NCBI GenBank assembly: GCA_963697895.1
Contig: OY969100.1
Coordinates: 1,696,001-1,760,000, forward strand
From: an uncultured Methanomicrobiales archaeon
GTDB taxonomy: Archaea; Halobacteriota; Methanomicrobia; Methanomicrobiales; Methanospirillaceae
Reading direction: 5' to 3'
Length of the DNA stretch: 64,000 nt
The notes under the pieces: generated by a model
Database searches by the model: none
Told to the model about the DNA's origin: nothing
Seen by the model: the letters and a program-made list of their open reading frames with translations, nothing else
Program-made: the position numbers and the translations under genes
Shown: in pieces, positions 10,079-21,059 of the stretch
Layout of the letters: each line of letters opens with the position of its first letter
Position numbering within the stretch: the first letter of the stretch is position 1

Positions 10079-11085
10079 CGTTCCTTCCGGATGTCGATTA
10101 TCTGGGATAGTTCTGGTCCGGTTGAGATGATGGATATCGGGTGGCCGATCTCATCCTCTGCCATGTCCAGGAAATCTTTTGCCCTCTTTGTCAACTTTTT
10201 ATATTCGGTAATACCCGCACAATCTTTATCCACCCGATCGATGCCCGTTATTGCCGCTATGGTGCAGCCGTTCACCATCGCAGAATACTGAGCCATTTTT
10301 CCATCCCATTCCCCGATCCTTCTTTGCCGGTGAGTAACTGTTCCAAATTCCTGTATTCCACGGGAATCGGATTCCGCCCGGCTCATCTCCGTTGAGAACG
10401 GGCCTTCGCCGACACGGGTTGGATATGCCTTGAATACCACGATAACGTCGTCAATTCGCGTCGGTCCTACCCCATTGTCCGCTGCAATCTGAGAAGCGGA
10501 CGTGTCCTTGCTGGTTACGAACGGATACGTGCCGAAGTAGAGCGATATGCCAAATCCCTGAGTCCCCTCGAGCAGTATATTCTCCCCTTTATCGAGAGCG
10601 GCATTTAATTCCATCGGCACATCAGTGAGAAATGAGGCGAGTTCGGGAACATCTTTTGCCTGCCTGGCCGTCCGGAGCACACGGTCTGCATTCGCTGGAC
10701 CACATCCCGTTCCCGTGCTCCCGATTGTCTTTGCCAGATGCTCACTTCCTTTATCCCTAAGGATGTGTTCTTCTTCGATGATCCCACACCTCGCATCGAC
10801 AAAGGTTCGGCCCGCAACCCGGAGAAGATTAACTTCATGAAGAAAAACCCGCGGGTCGACGAGGACTCCCGTTCCAATAAGGAGCCGGGCGTTTGGGTAG
10901 ACGAACCCGGACGGAACCATTCTTACCCCATATTCAGTTTTCCCGATTTGTACCGTATGCCCTGCATTCGGTCCGACACCCCCACGAGATATTATGGTCG
11001 GCCTGTCTTGGTGAGCGATATGGGCAACGATCTTACCTTTGCCCTCATCACCAAAAAATCCGCCGACGATGATGGTACAACTCAT
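10075..11085 (-). CDS. purA: Adenylosuccinate synthetase (short archaeal form)
   Basis: GDEGKGK, GPNAGHT, EGTQG, YPFVTS, TRVGEGPF, GTVT..RR. Confidence 0.96.
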   Translation of the reverse strand: MSCTIIVGGFFGDEGKGKIVAHIAHQDRPTIISRGGVGPNAGHTVQIGKTEYGVRMVPSGFVYPNARLLIGTGVLVDPRVFLHEVNLLRVAGRTFVDARCGIIEEEHILRDKGSEHLAKTIGSTGTGCGPANADRVLRTARQAKDVPELASFLTDVPMELNAALDKGENILLEGTQGFGISLYFGTYPFVTSKDTSASQIAADNGVGPTRIDDVIVVFKAYPTRVGEGPFSTEMSRAESDSRGIQEFGTVTHRQRRIGEWDGKMAQYSAMVNGCTIAAITGIDRVDKDCAGITEYKKLTKRAKDFLDMAEDEIGHPISIISTGPELSQIIDIRKER

Positions 11086-11227
11086 GCTTCTATCATGTAG
11101 TATGGGATGACGAACGCCATAAAACTATATACTCCGATGGTGAGGGGATTAGGGCATATGTCCTTTCTTTCCCGAATACACCGAAAAAATGCAAAAATTG
11201 TCGGGATGTTCTTATTCCGGAGGATAA

Positions 11228-12391
11228 TTATCCAGAGACCGCAGAAAGGAATCGTTCCATCCTTCTCAGGGCTTCATTGAGGTCCTTTCTGGATACTGCA
11301 TATGCGCATCGGAGGTGAATTCCTTCGGGATCGCCAAATACCCTTCCCGGGACCACCGCCACGCGTTCTTCGCGAAGGAGCCGTTCTGCGAACTCTTCGT
11401 CCGTAAGCCCGGTGGACTGGACGGAGGGGAAGGCATAGAAGGCACCCTCAGGGAGATGGCAGCGAAGTCCGATTTTATTGAGCCCTTCGATAAACAGGTT
11501 TCTCCGCACACGATATTCCCGTACCATTGAATTCTTCTCTTCTTCACCGTTCCTGAGCGCCTCTGTTGCCGCGACCTGCCCCATCACCGGTGCGCAGAGC
11601 ATGACATACTGGTGGATCTTGAGTGCTGCATCACAGATTTCCTGCGGAGCACAGAGATATCCGATCCGCCATCCGGTCATTGCATATGCTTTTGAAAAAC
11701 CATTGAGCGTTATCGTCCGTTCCCTGAGGGAATCCACGGTCGCCGGGGCGAGGTGGCTCCCCTCGTAGGTGAGTTCTGCATAGACCTCATCGCTGATGAG
11801 AAGAAGATCATGGTCCTTGAGGATATCTGAAATGGCACTGATATGTTCCCGCCTCATCACCGCCCCGGTCGGATTATTAGGGAAATTGATCATCAGAACC
11901 TTGCTTTTATTCGTAACCTTCTCCATTAGTGTTTCGGGATTGAGGCGAAAATGATCTTTTTCCAGGCAGGGGACATCAACGGGCACCCCACCGGCCAGCT
12001 GGACACACGGCGAGTATGAGACATAGCTGGGAGATGCAATCAGCACCTCGTCCCCGGGATCTACTACCGTTCGAACGGCGATGTCGAGGGCTTCACTAAC
12101 ACCGGCCGTGATGATCATCTCCTTCTCCCCGCTATAATCCAGATGGTAATGCTGGAGAAGGTAACGGGAGAGCACATCGCGGAGCGGTTGCATCCCACGG
12201 TTGGATGAATATGATGTGCGCCCCTGTTCGATGGAATATATGCTTGACTCACAGAGGTTCCACGGGGTGGAAAAATCCGGTTCCCCGACCCCGAGCGATA
12301 TGACCCCCTCAAGAGTCTTTACCAGATCAAAATATTTCCGTATGCCTGACGGGGGTATTTCCCGTGCATGCCGGGAGATAAAATCCCTCAT
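11228..12391 (-). CDS. Class I/II PLP-dependent aminotransferase
   Basis: LGVGEPDF, NFPNNPTG, SDEVY, SKAYAMTGWRIG. Confidence 0.92.
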   Translation of the reverse strand: MRDFISRHAREIPPSGIRKYFDLVKTLEGVISLGVGEPDFSTPWNLCESSIYSIEQGRTSYSSNRGMQPLRDVLSRYLLQHYHLDYSGEKEMIITAGVSEALDIAVRTVVDPGDEVLIASPSYVSYSPCVQLAGGVPVDVPCLEKDHFRLNPETLMEKVTNKSKVLMINFPNNPTGAVMRREHISAISDILKDHDLLLISDEVYAELTYEGSHLAPATVDSLRERTITLNGFSKAYAMTGWRIGYLCAPQEICDAALKIHQYVMLCAPVMGQVAATEALRNGEEEKNSMVREYRVRRNLFIEGLNKIGLRCHLPEGAFYAFPSVQSTGLTDEEFAERLLREERVAVVPGRVFGDPEGIHLRCAYAVSRKDLNEALRRMERFLSAVSG

Positions 12392-12401
12392 TGTTCTCCC
12401 T

Positions 12402-12893
12402 TCAGAATGAATAGGGGATCCGTTCTCCCCCCTCTCGCTCACAGAACGTGTTGCCGTATTCCTTATATGTTTTCATTATAATATGGGTGGCCGTTTCACG
12501 GATTTTGTCCATGGGTGCGATATGCTCAGATACAAACCGGGCCACTTCCTGCATGTTCTTTCCGGTCACCATCAACTGGAAATCGTACACTCCTGTGATC
12601 AGCCTGAGTGATTTCACTTGTTTGAACCGGGATATCCTCTCTGCTATCCGGTCATATCCGAAATCACGCTCGGGGTTTACCTTCAGTTCGATGATCGCAG
12701 ACACCTCTCCGTTCCCAGCTCTCTCCCAATCTATTGCTGTTGTGTACCCGCGGATAATTCCCGCCTCTTCCAGGGCAGAAATGCGGTTCTCTACATCTGC
12801 CGGCGTCTTTTCAACCATCACTGAAAGTTCACCCGCTTTTAAACGGCCGTTATCCTCCAGCAGATGGAGGAGAAGAAGGTCTGTTTCATCCAT
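12402..12893 (-). CDS. Lrp/AsnC-family transcriptional regulator
   Basis: N-terminal HTH (LEDNGR...RISALEEAGIIRGY) plus RAM domain (ITGVYD); GGTGA SD before ATG 12893. Confidence 0.9.
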   Translation of the reverse strand: MDETDLLLLHLLEDNGRLKAGELSVMVEKTPADVENRISALEEAGIIRGYTTAIDWERAGNGEVSAIIELKVNPERDFGYDRIAERISRFKQVKSLRLITGVYDFQLMVTGKNMQEVARFVSEHIAPMDKIRETATHIIMKTYKEYGNTFCEREGGERIPYSF

Positions 12894-13061
12894 TTCGTTC
12901 ACCTGAACTATACTGTCATTGTCCATACTTCACCATAATCGAAAGATAATTTCATGAATGTCTTGCCTCAATGAAAGAGATTCGTGTGGATCTGATATTA
13001 ATCGGTTATCTGCCATTAATTTAATGGGAGTCCCGGTTTCTGCGGAAGGTGGTGATATAAT

Positions 13062-13133
13062 ATGTACGCAAGGCTCCTTACCGCTCCAATTCAACAATAC
13101 GGTGAAGCATACCCATATTTTTATGTATGGTAA
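13062..13133 (+). CDS. Putative 23-aa small protein MYARLLTAPIQQYGEAYPYFYVW
   Basis: GGTGGTGA SD 6 nt before the ATG; AT-rich TATA-like AATTTAAT about 40 nt upstream; no homology evidence. Confidence 0.35.
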   Translation: MYARLLTAPIQQYGEAYPYFYVW

Positions 13134-13221
13134 GTTCTGGAATGAACGTTATCTATGCCGTTCTTCGTCTCATTGCCGAAAAGTTTCCTGAATGAATGAG
13201 ATCTTTTCGATCTCGTCCGTT

Positions 13222-14514
13222 TTATGACTTGAAAAGATTCTTCACCCAGGTGATATTATTGAGATCCGGCCCCATTCCGAGCTCGTTAAGCCTCTGATCA
13301 TTCAGGATTACCTCCCAGATCTTCGCGGTCTCTGCATCGAACCACATTTCTTTGGTTCTCCCATACCGACCGCGGCTTACTACCCGTGTGTTGATCACCC
13401 CGAGCATGTTGAGCTCGCTGATCAGATCGGTAATCCTCCGGTGTGTCAGGACATCAAGATCGATTCGGGGGGCAATTTCCGTATAGATACGTGTTACTTC
13501 CCCGCTGGTAAATATATTCTGTCCTGACTGATCCAGAATGAGCATACAGTAGAGAACGACTTTGCTCTGGGTCGGCAACGTTGAAATGCATTCGATCATG
13601 CTGTCCGTTTCGATCTTCGCCTGTGCCTGTTTGACATGGCGCTCGGCTACCCGATCTGCTTCTTCACGGTCTGCAAGCTCACCGGAAACCCTGAGAAGGT
13701 CGAGCGCCCGCCGGGCATCCCCGTGTTCCTGGGCGGCGAGACCTGCACAGATAGGAATAACGGTTTCTTCCAGGGCATTTTCCACAAATGCGATATCCGC
13801 TCTTTGTTTCAGAATGTCGCAGAGCTGGGGTGCATTATACGGCGGGAAGACCAATTCTTCCTCGGAGAGAGAGGAAAGGACACGGGGATCGAGGAAATCT
13901 TTGAAACTCAAATCATTCGATATTCCGATCATGCTCACCTTTGAACGCTTCAGGTCAGTATTGATACGGGTGAGGTTATACAGGGTCTCATCGCCACTTT
14001 TTTTCACCAGTTTATCGATCTCATCAAGGACAATAACAAGAACCCCACCACTCGTCTCCAATTGATTTTTCAGTTCCTGATAGACCTGGTCCGTCGGCCA
14101 TCCCGTCATAGGAATATGAATCCGCGTTTTGTCGCTCGCGGTTTCATCTGTTCCGATGAGTAATTTTGAGATCTGAGCAAGGACCCGGTACTGGGTATCG
14201 ATCACCTCGCAGTTCAGGTGAACCACACGGCACGGTGTGTCCATCAAACCACTCGCATGTTCAAGTTCAGTCCCGACATATCGGACGCAGGCGGTCTTTC
14301 CCGTCCCCGTCTTGCCGTAAATGAGTATATTGGAGGGGGTCTCGTTTTTCAGCGCTGGAGCAAGTATCGCTGCGACCTGATCAATCTGGGGCCTTCGGTG
14401 AGGAAGGATGTGGGGACGATATGAGTGGCGGAGAACCTCCCGGTTTTTAAAAATACGGGTGTTTGAAATATATTTTTTAAAGAGGCCAAGGGAGGCATCC
14501 TGTGTATCCGTCAT
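13222..14514 (-). CDS. cdc6: Orc1/Cdc6 replication initiator
   Basis: YGKTGTGKT Walker A, VLDEID Walker B, GDARRALDLLR, C-terminal wHTH (SRGRYGRT). Confidence 0.96.
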   Translation of the reverse strand: MTDTQDASLGLFKKYISNTRIFKNREVLRHSYRPHILPHRRPQIDQVAAILAPALKNETPSNILIYGKTGTGKTACVRYVGTELEHASGLMDTPCRVVHLNCEVIDTQYRVLAQISKLLIGTDETASDKTRIHIPMTGWPTDQVYQELKNQLETSGGVLVIVLDEIDKLVKKSGDETLYNLTRINTDLKRSKVSMIGISNDLSFKDFLDPRVLSSLSEEELVFPPYNAPQLCDILKQRADIAFVENALEETVIPICAGLAAQEHGDARRALDLLRVSGELADREEADRVAERHVKQAQAKIETDSMIECISTLPTQSKVVLYCMLILDQSGQNIFTSGEVTRIYTEIAPRIDLDVLTHRRITDLISELNMLGVINTRVVSRGRYGRTKEMWFDAETAKIWEVILNDQRLNELGMGPDLNNITWVKNLFKS

Positions 14515-14582
14515 AGTAGCTCAGGGGGAGCTGATACTTGGATACGGTACCTTAAATGTTGATCGTTATCTGACACAGATAA

Positions 14583-15204
14583 ACCCCATGGCTTCCACTG
14601 GAAATAACATAATATTAAAAGATTTTGTAAATTTGAGTAGTTTAACAAAATAGAAATATATCTCCTGAAATATTCTGGTAGGCTTGTATAAGGTTTGGGG
14701 TGTTTCCCCCGGACCCCTTTATTTCCTGTGGAAATGAATTTAAATATCGCGTCATATTAAAAAATAATTAATAAATACCGGCATTTGGTACTTATATACC
14801 TGCTACTATAAAAGATCAATAGAAGTGATTCGAAACTCAATACAGAGAACTATAGAGCAGTGAAATACCACCAAATAATCAAATAATACGAGTTGCTATA
14901 AAATAATTGAAAATTTACACGCTTTGCAGTGGAAACAAAGGGGTCGAATAACATAGAGTTCGCCTCGCCGTTCCCGTTTTCTCTACTGGAAATTGGTTAA
15001 ACTATAGAGATGCAATCGTAAGAATATCCACCTACCATTTCTGAAATAATATTTGCCCGGCCACTCAAATGAAAGACACATTTTGTGGGAATTCAGATAA
15101 GATGCGATCAAGCAGGATTACCCCCTCCAGGAAATAATCCGTGGAAATGACAGGGAGGCCCCAGTCGGTGCAATGAAAAAGAGTTCCAGTGGAAGCCATG
15201 GGGT
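14583..15204. other. Chromosomal replication origin (oriC) with inverted ORB elements flanking an AT-rich unwinding region
   Basis: Perfect 21-bp inverted pair 14583-14603 / 15184-15204 (TTCCAGTGGAAGCCATGGGGT); second inverted ORB pair with G-string 14712-14734 / 14923-14945; mini-ORBs near 14980 and 15140; directly upstream of cdc6. Confidence 0.88.
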
Positions 15205-15324
15205 CCGGTGGAGCCATCCTCCTTAGCATTCAGGAAGATGAATCATAAAACTGGTTTAGACTAACATTTTCAATCTTCCTCATGGAGCAATATATTTCTG
15301 TTCATACCCCAAACTTCACATTCA

Positions 15325-15813
15325 ATGAATCCGGAACATATCCGTCCTGTGAATATCCGGGTATCCATAATAACGGTATCGACGACACGAACTGTGGAAA
15401 CGGACTCAAGCGGCCAATTAATCCGAAAACTTCTTGATACTGTTGGTTTGCCGGTCGTTTCATATGATATTGTTCAGGATAATATCGGAGCAATCAGGAG
15501 TGGTATTTTTTCGGCATTGAGACAGAGCAATTGTATTATCATAAACGGGGGCACAGGTCTGACCCACGATGATTGCACTATCGAAGCAGTTTTACCACTC
15601 CTTGACAAAACAATCGACGGTTTTGGGGAATTATTCCGGCAAAAAAGTTATGAGGAGGTCGGGACAGCGGCCATTCTTTCCCGTGCTATCGCTGGCATAT
15701 CGGGAGGAGCAGCAATCTTCTGCATTCCGGGCTCGAATGCTGCGGTCAGGTTGGCAACGGAATCTCTGATAATTCCTGAGATTCGCCATATCCTGACTCA
15801 TGCCGGCCGGTGA
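15325..15813 (+). CDS. moaB: Molybdenum cofactor biosynthesis protein MoaB/Mog
   Basis: ITVS..R...DSSG, NGGTG...D, GFGELFR, SRAIAG, IPGS. Confidence 0.88.
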   Translation: MNPEHIRPVNIRVSIITVSTTRTVETDSSGQLIRKLLDTVGLPVVSYDIVQDNIGAIRSGIFSALRQSNCIIINGGTGLTHDDCTIEAVLPLLDKTIDGFGELFRQKSYEEVGTAAILSRAIAGISGGAAIFCIPGSNAAVRLATESLIIPEIRHILTHAGR

Positions 15814-15904
15814 ACAGATAGTTCCGGAAGATATAGCGTATTTGGTTATAGCGGCAGTTTTTTTCTTCGCTTGAGTATCATTCTGTGGTTCAAAACGTCG
15901 GAGT

Positions 15905-16420
15905 TCATCGATATACTTCGAGCAGGGCTACACGTTCGAGCACCAGCTCTTTCAACCGGTTTGGCCCGCTTGCACGAAGCTCGGCCCGAGTGATGCCAAA
16001 GAGCTCCATAAGGTGGGCAACCTTCCCGGAATCAATACCTTCCCAGTCATCATCCATCTCAGTCATCAGGGGTCGGATGATCTCCCATGCAGATGCACTC
16101 GGGGGGCATATACAGAGATACACCCGGTTCATACCTTCGTGTATACCAAACCGTATGGCAGATGCACACTGACGCGAGCCTGCTGCATAGAGGAGGGCCT
16201 CCATCTCTACAGAATGAGAGATACAGGTCTCTTCTTCTGCAGCGCGGAATGCATGACGAAGGGCAGACTCGACATGGGCGATGCCTGCCATGTTATCGGC
16301 ATTGAAGAGGATAATATTACACGCATGATTCAACGCAATATTCCTGATATTGGCAAGAAAATTTGCTGAATTGTCTACAGTAAGGCAGGCTTTCCTGATA
16401 TCGCACAAAAACCCACTCAT
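15905..16420 (-). CDS. cgi121: KEOPS complex subunit Cgi121
   Basis: [19 protein letters not shown]-terminal LVLERVALL. Confidence 0.85.
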   Translation of the reverse strand: MSGFLCDIRKACLTVDNSANFLANIRNIALNHACNIILFNADNMAGIAHVESALRHAFRAAEEETCISHSVEMEALLYAAGSRQCASAIRFGIHEGMNRVYLCICPPSASAWEIIRPLMTEMDDDWEGIDSGKVAHLMELFGITRAELRASGPNRLKELVLERVALLEVYR

Positions 16421-18573
16421 GGGGAGTCTCCGAAATCAGATAAGGTTGGCTGGATGTATGATGAGGTTCCCGCACCCTCATCTCCTTCGGTCTTTCCCTT
16501 TTCCGCGAACATCTGCTGGGCGATTCCCCTCCCAAGAATTGCAGCAATACGATCAATCCCGGCGGATTTCACCGTTTCCGGATCTGTGATCCCATTGTTG
16601 AACAATCTTCGGGCACGAACCCTGCCGATATTCCGGAGCCGGATGAGTGGTAACAGTTCCCTCTTTACACCGTTATTCATGCAGACTTCATATTCCTGGA
16701 TTGAAGAAGAAAATCGGGGAGCAAACATCCGGGCAAGACGTCCGGTCGCATGGAGAAGCCATTTGACACTCTCTACCATATTATAGATATCACCGGGCCC
16801 GATGCCATATCGCTCGCAGATCATTGCTTCAGGCACTTCTTCAGACCAGTCTCTGAGGAGCATGGTGGTCTTGATCGCCCGGTAATAGGATTCGTCATCT
16901 TCACCGACGGGAGGCCCGAGCCACAGATCATCTTCATGCTCGCAGATGAACCGGTCAAGATAATAGAGGTCGTTATTACTCACGTAGAGAGTATACATGT
17001 CGGGGGTGTTGCAAATGAGCTGGAGCAGCCCGATGTCCGAATAAACGGTAAGAGATCGGAGTCTTTCCACGATTGATTCAGCACTTTTGGGATGTATATA
17101 CAACTGAGAGACAAGGATACCAAATTCGGTTGCATCGATTCTCGTTCCTGTTTCCACGATCATTTCGGTATTCAGGAGAAATTGTATAATATGATCAATT
17201 ACATGGACTATTGAACGATTTTGCCGATGCTGATGCATATAGAAGGTCTGATCCATAAATGCAATAAGTTCTTCAGGCGAATGCACGAATGAGGAAGCTA
17301 TCGCAGATAAAATATGCGTGCATAATGCCTTTTCGCGTGCACACTGTGAATGGACATCTTCAGGAGGGGCATTGATATAACCCTCAAAGAGCGCCTCGAG
17401 ATGGTGCTCATCCTTTGCAATAAGAACGGCCTCTCCATACGGGTCAAGCCCGGGACGACCCGCACGTCCTGCCATCTGGTGATATTCACTCGCAGGAATC
17501 GGAACCATCCCCTCACCCGACGAGAATCTCAGGTAATCTCTGATCACCACGCGTCTCGCCGGGAGGTTTAGGCCTGCAGCGAGTGTCGGGGTAGATGCAA
17601 TGGTCTTTATGTAGCCCTTCCTGAATGCTTCTTCAACGATCGATCGTTCACCCCGGCTGAGCCCTGCATGATGGAATGCCGCGCCCCGCTCTACACATGC
17701 GGCAAGGATCTTCCCCATCTCAGTCTCCGCAATCTTCCGGAGCCGATCGGCATATCCGGCAAGCTCAGGTGTTTCATATCCAAGAGCGTTTCCTGCACGT
17801 TTCGCAAAAGCCTCTGCATTTCGCCGGGAAGAAACAAATACGAGGCATTGACCTCCTTCATCGATCGTGTCCCTGCAGAGGTTGAGATCGTCATATCGTG
17901 ATCGGGAAGAGACCGGGCGATTGAGATCGGCGAACTGGATCTGGCCGTTATAAAACACTCCCTGCCGAAGGTCGACCGGACGCCAGGAACTGGTCACCAG
18001 CCCGGCGCCGAGCCACTCTGCAAGTATGTTGGGGTTTCCGATGGTGGCACTGAGCGCCATCAACTGTATTCCGGGATTTCGAAAACGCATTTTCGTAATC
18101 ACCATCTCGAGGGTAGGTCCCCGATCCGGGGAATCGATCAGGTGGACCTCGTCGATAACGAGAAGCGTGATGTCTTTCAGCCACGGAGTGGCATTTCTTA
18201 GCAGAGAGTCGACCTTTTCGCTCGTCGCCACGATTATATCGTTTCGGCCAAGAAATTCATCACGACGATCGAAATCCCCTGTTGCAATCCCCACCCTCAC
18301 TCCTTTACCCGTGAATTCGTCAAATTTTTCGCTCGCAAGGGCTTTCAGCGGGACAATATACAGGCATTTTCCCCGGTGTTCAACCTGATGATGCATCGCC
18401 ATCTCGGCGATAAGGGTCTTGCCGCTCGCTGTCGGTATTGCAATGAGAAGATTTTTCCCTTCGAATATCCCTGCACGAACACAATCTTCCTGAGGGGGGT
18501 ACAACTCCTGTATCCCTGAAGCAGCGTACCTTTCCTTCAACGGACCAGGTATGGGCAGTTCATCAACCTTCAT
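16417..18573 (-). CDS. hel308: Ski2-like SF2 DNA helicase Hel308
   Basis: [49 protein letters not shown]. Confidence 0.95.
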   Translation of the reverse strand: MKVDELPIPGPLKERYAASGIQELYPPQEDCVRAGIFEGKNLLIAIPTASGKTLIAEMAMHHQVEHRGKCLYIVPLKALASEKFDEFTGKGVRVGIATGDFDRRDEFLGRNDIIVATSEKVDSLLRNATPWLKDITLLVIDEVHLIDSPDRGPTLEMVITKMRFRNPGIQLMALSATIGNPNILAEWLGAGLVTSSWRPVDLRQGVFYNGQIQFADLNRPVSSRSRYDDLNLCRDTIDEGGQCLVFVSSRRNAEAFAKRAGNALGYETPELAGYADRLRKIAETEMGKILAACVERGAAFHHAGLSRGERSIVEEAFRKGYIKTIASTPTLAAGLNLPARRVVIRDYLRFSSGEGMVPIPASEYHQMAGRAGRPGLDPYGEAVLIAKDEHHLEALFEGYINAPPEDVHSQCAREKALCTHILSAIASSFVHSPEELIAFMDQTFYMHQHRQNRSIVHVIDHIIQFLLNTEMIVETGTRIDATEFGILVSQLYIHPKSAESIVERLRSLTVYSDIGLLQLICNTPDMYTLYVSNNDLYYLDRFICEHEDDLWLGPPVGEDDESYYRAIKTTMLLRDWSEEVPEAMICERYGIGPGDIYNMVESVKWLLHATGRLARMFAPRFSSSIQEYEVCMNNGVKRELLPLIRLRNIGRVRARRLFNNGITDPETVKSAGIDRIAAILGRGIAQQMFAEKGKTEGDEGAGTSSYIQPTLSDFGDSP

Positions 18574-18709
18574 CAGAACCCCTTCGATTCCACTCTAGCA
18601 ACACGAATCCGCTTCGCAAATCGCGATTCTGATTGTGGAATCACCGCGTCCTCTCCATTGGAAACCATCCTCAGATTGAAGTAACCCAGATAGATGCCGA
18701 CGGTATACC

Positions 18710-19250
18710 TCAATAATAGTAGCTGAGCATATCCTGTTTCAGCTTCACGCTTCTTCCGCTCAAGGAATGCAAATACCGTCTCATGGGGGATCCCTTTGAC
18801 GATCATGTCTATCGCCTCCCGGGCAACTTTTACCTGATCCGGGAGACCGATCAATGCGACAGTCTTCCCCTGGATGGATATTGAAGTATCGGTCATATGT
18901 TCGATCTGTTCACGGCTCTTCCCCTCTTTTCCTATGATTCTGCCACGTATACGATCCATCTGCCTCGGGCTGTCGGCTATTCCGGAAAGATCGATGATAT
19001 CGAAAAGAAGATCCTCATCATCGAGGAGGATAAATGCACGTTCCGGGGAAAATCCACGGTTTATGGCATTAATCGTCTCTGCTGCCCGTAACACGCCGAC
19101 GGCATCTTCACCCTCCACCTGAACAACACCTTCCTTGCTATCAATCGTGATCGTCACGTGCGTTTTTTCCTCAATTTCCTTCTTGGTTGACCCGCCCTTT
19201 CCAATCAGGACGCCGATTCTGTTTCCTGAAACTTTAACTTCCTGTATCAT
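18710..19250 (-). CDS. KH-domain ribosome biogenesis protein (Dim2/Pno1-like); apparent +1 frameshift near 18740, uncorrected ORF reads on to 18573
   Basis: GVLIGKGG and GRIIGKEG KH motifs, RGFSPERA; removing one base gives ...REAKQDMLSYYY* (179 aa). Confidence 0.85.
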
Positions 19251-20059
19251 GATGTTCCCTGCCCGTTTACTTCAGAGGGAGTTGATTCCGGTGGACTCCT
19301 GCCGGTTATCTCCGCAAATAATTCTCGTTCCTCAATCACATCAGCATATGATGAGAAAAACCGGTTCACGTTTGACAGATCGCGAAAGAGAAATGCATTC
19401 GCCCGGGGATGGTCAAGCGTGACAGACTGACCCATATCAATGAAATACGGATGAGTACCATCAAACAAGATATTGAATTCACTCAGGTCTGCATGCACCA
19501 GACCTGCGTCGGCATAGAGCATCCTGATAAACGAGATAATCTCCCGATACGTAGCCTCCGGATCATCCATGGTCGCATTCCTCAGCTGCGGATAGGGATT
19601 CTCTCCTTCCCCGAGGAATTGCATGATCAGGATGTTTCTGTCCCAGACCAACGGAACAGGAACGGATATACCCGAATCGTGAGCCCTTTTGAGGTTGCTG
19701 AATTCCTTCTTTGTCCAGACAAAAACAATATCTTTTCGTGTATGCTTGATGCGGGAAAAACGTCGATCCCCGATGATATATGCAGACATTGTATTAAAAT
19801 TGGCAGTTCGTATCCGGTATATCTTGATTGCAACAGATTGTTCATCTTTCCACCCCAGGAATACGTTCGCCTCCTTTCCCGTACTGATGGGGCCTCCGAT
19901 AGAGGTAATCCATTTTTTGTGGATCAGCCGGTATAATGCGAGAAGCGTAACCTCATCAAAGACGTCTTCCCTCACTTTCAGTTGATTAACATCTTTTATA
20001 CGGATACCGAGCGCCTCTATCTTCCGGTCGAAATTATCCTCCATCCTTTCGATCTTCAC
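19247..20059 (-). CDS. rio1: RIO1 serine/threonine kinase
   Basis: STGKEANVF, AIKIY, KEFSNL, HADLSEFNIL, IDMGQ. Confidence 0.93.
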   Translation of the reverse strand: MKIERMEDNFDRKIEALGIRIKDVNQLKVREDVFDEVTLLALYRLIHKKWITSIGGPISTGKEANVFLGWKDEQSVAIKIYRIRTANFNTMSAYIIGDRRFSRIKHTRKDIVFVWTKKEFSNLKRAHDSGISVPVPLVWDRNILIMQFLGEGENPYPQLRNATMDDPEATYREIISFIRMLYADAGLVHADLSEFNILFDGTHPYFIDMGQSVTLDHPRANAFLFRDLSNVNRFFSSYADVIEERELFAEITGRSPPESTPSEVNGQGTS

Positions 20060-20074
20060 TCTTTGTCCCCCGGG

Positions 20075-21016
20075 TCAGTGAATGTAATCCCATACACATG
20101 AGAGGAGTTCTCCCATATACGATCCCGCGGTCTTTTTCAGATCAAGAGGGTGGATCTCCCCCTTCCGGTAGGCTTCCTCCAGAGCCTCATAGTTGCCAAA
20201 CTCCCGGTCTCCCCCAAATTTGGCAGCCCGATGGACAGTGACTGAACCAGATCGTGGAAAGATGTGATACTGAAAGATCTGGAGGATAGGATTCTCTACG
20301 CATTCCGGAGGACAGAATGCCTTCTGACATTTTTTCTCGATGTCTTCTACCGAATCGGCGACAGAGATGTAATTTCCACTGGATGAGGACATTTTCTTTC
20401 CGTCGAGACCGTTGAGGATTGGGGTGTGGATACAGACCGGGGCCGGGTATCCGATCGCAGTAAGATTCTCGCGTGCCAGCATGTGTATCTTCCTCTGGTC
20501 AATACCCCCCACCGCAGCGTCCACCCCCAGTGAGGCGATATCGACCATCTGCATAATCGGGTAGATCATCTGGGAAACGGTTGGCGCCGCCATCTGCCTT
20601 CCAACCTCATCCATACTCCGTTTCGCCCTGTTCAGCGTGATCTGCTGGGAAAGACGGAGCATCATCAGTTCGTAATCCGCATTCAGCTGGAGATCTGAAC
20701 CGAGAACGAATGTGACATCTTTGAGGCCAAGGCCCTCAAAGCATCTCCTGTTATACTCTGCAAGCTCGCGGACCTGTTCCATATCCCCTTTCCTGTTCAG
20801 AAACGCGTGGAGATCGGCGAGGAGAACAATGACCTCGAAACCGGCATGTTTCAGATCCACCAGTTTGTTCACCGTGACGAGATGTCCGAGATGGATCTCG
20901 CCACTTGGTTCATATCCAGCGTAAACTCGTTTTACCGGCCGGTGAAGGAGTGCGATAAGTTCCTCGTTGGTGATGACTTCAACGGTGTTCCGGGTCGCAA
21001 GCGAGTACGGATCCAT
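20075..21016 (-). CDS. tyrS: Tyrosine--tRNA ligase
   Basis: YAGYEPSG, HLGH, YPIMQ, GGIDQRKIH, KMSSS. Confidence 0.96.
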   Translation of the reverse strand: MDPYSLATRNTVEVITNEELIALLHRPVKRVYAGYEPSGEIHLGHLVTVNKLVDLKHAGFEVIVLLADLHAFLNRKGDMEQVRELAEYNRRCFEGLGLKDVTFVLGSDLQLNADYELMMLRLSQQITLNRAKRSMDEVGRQMAAPTVSQMIYPIMQMVDIASLGVDAAVGGIDQRKIHMLARENLTAIGYPAPVCIHTPILNGLDGKKMSSSSGNYISVADSVEDIEKKCQKAFCPPECVENPILQIFQYHIFPRSGSVTVHRAAKFGGDREFGNYEALEEAYRKGEIHPLDLKKTAGSYMGELLSCVWDYIH

Positions 21017-21059
21017 TAAAAATAATGGGTGATGGGGAGTGTTAATGATTGTTCTCGGG

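Noticed and set aside
14583-15204. 21-bp perfect inverted repeats considered as MITE/IS ends
   Set aside because: They match the ORB consensus and adjoin cdc6; no transposase or target-site duplication
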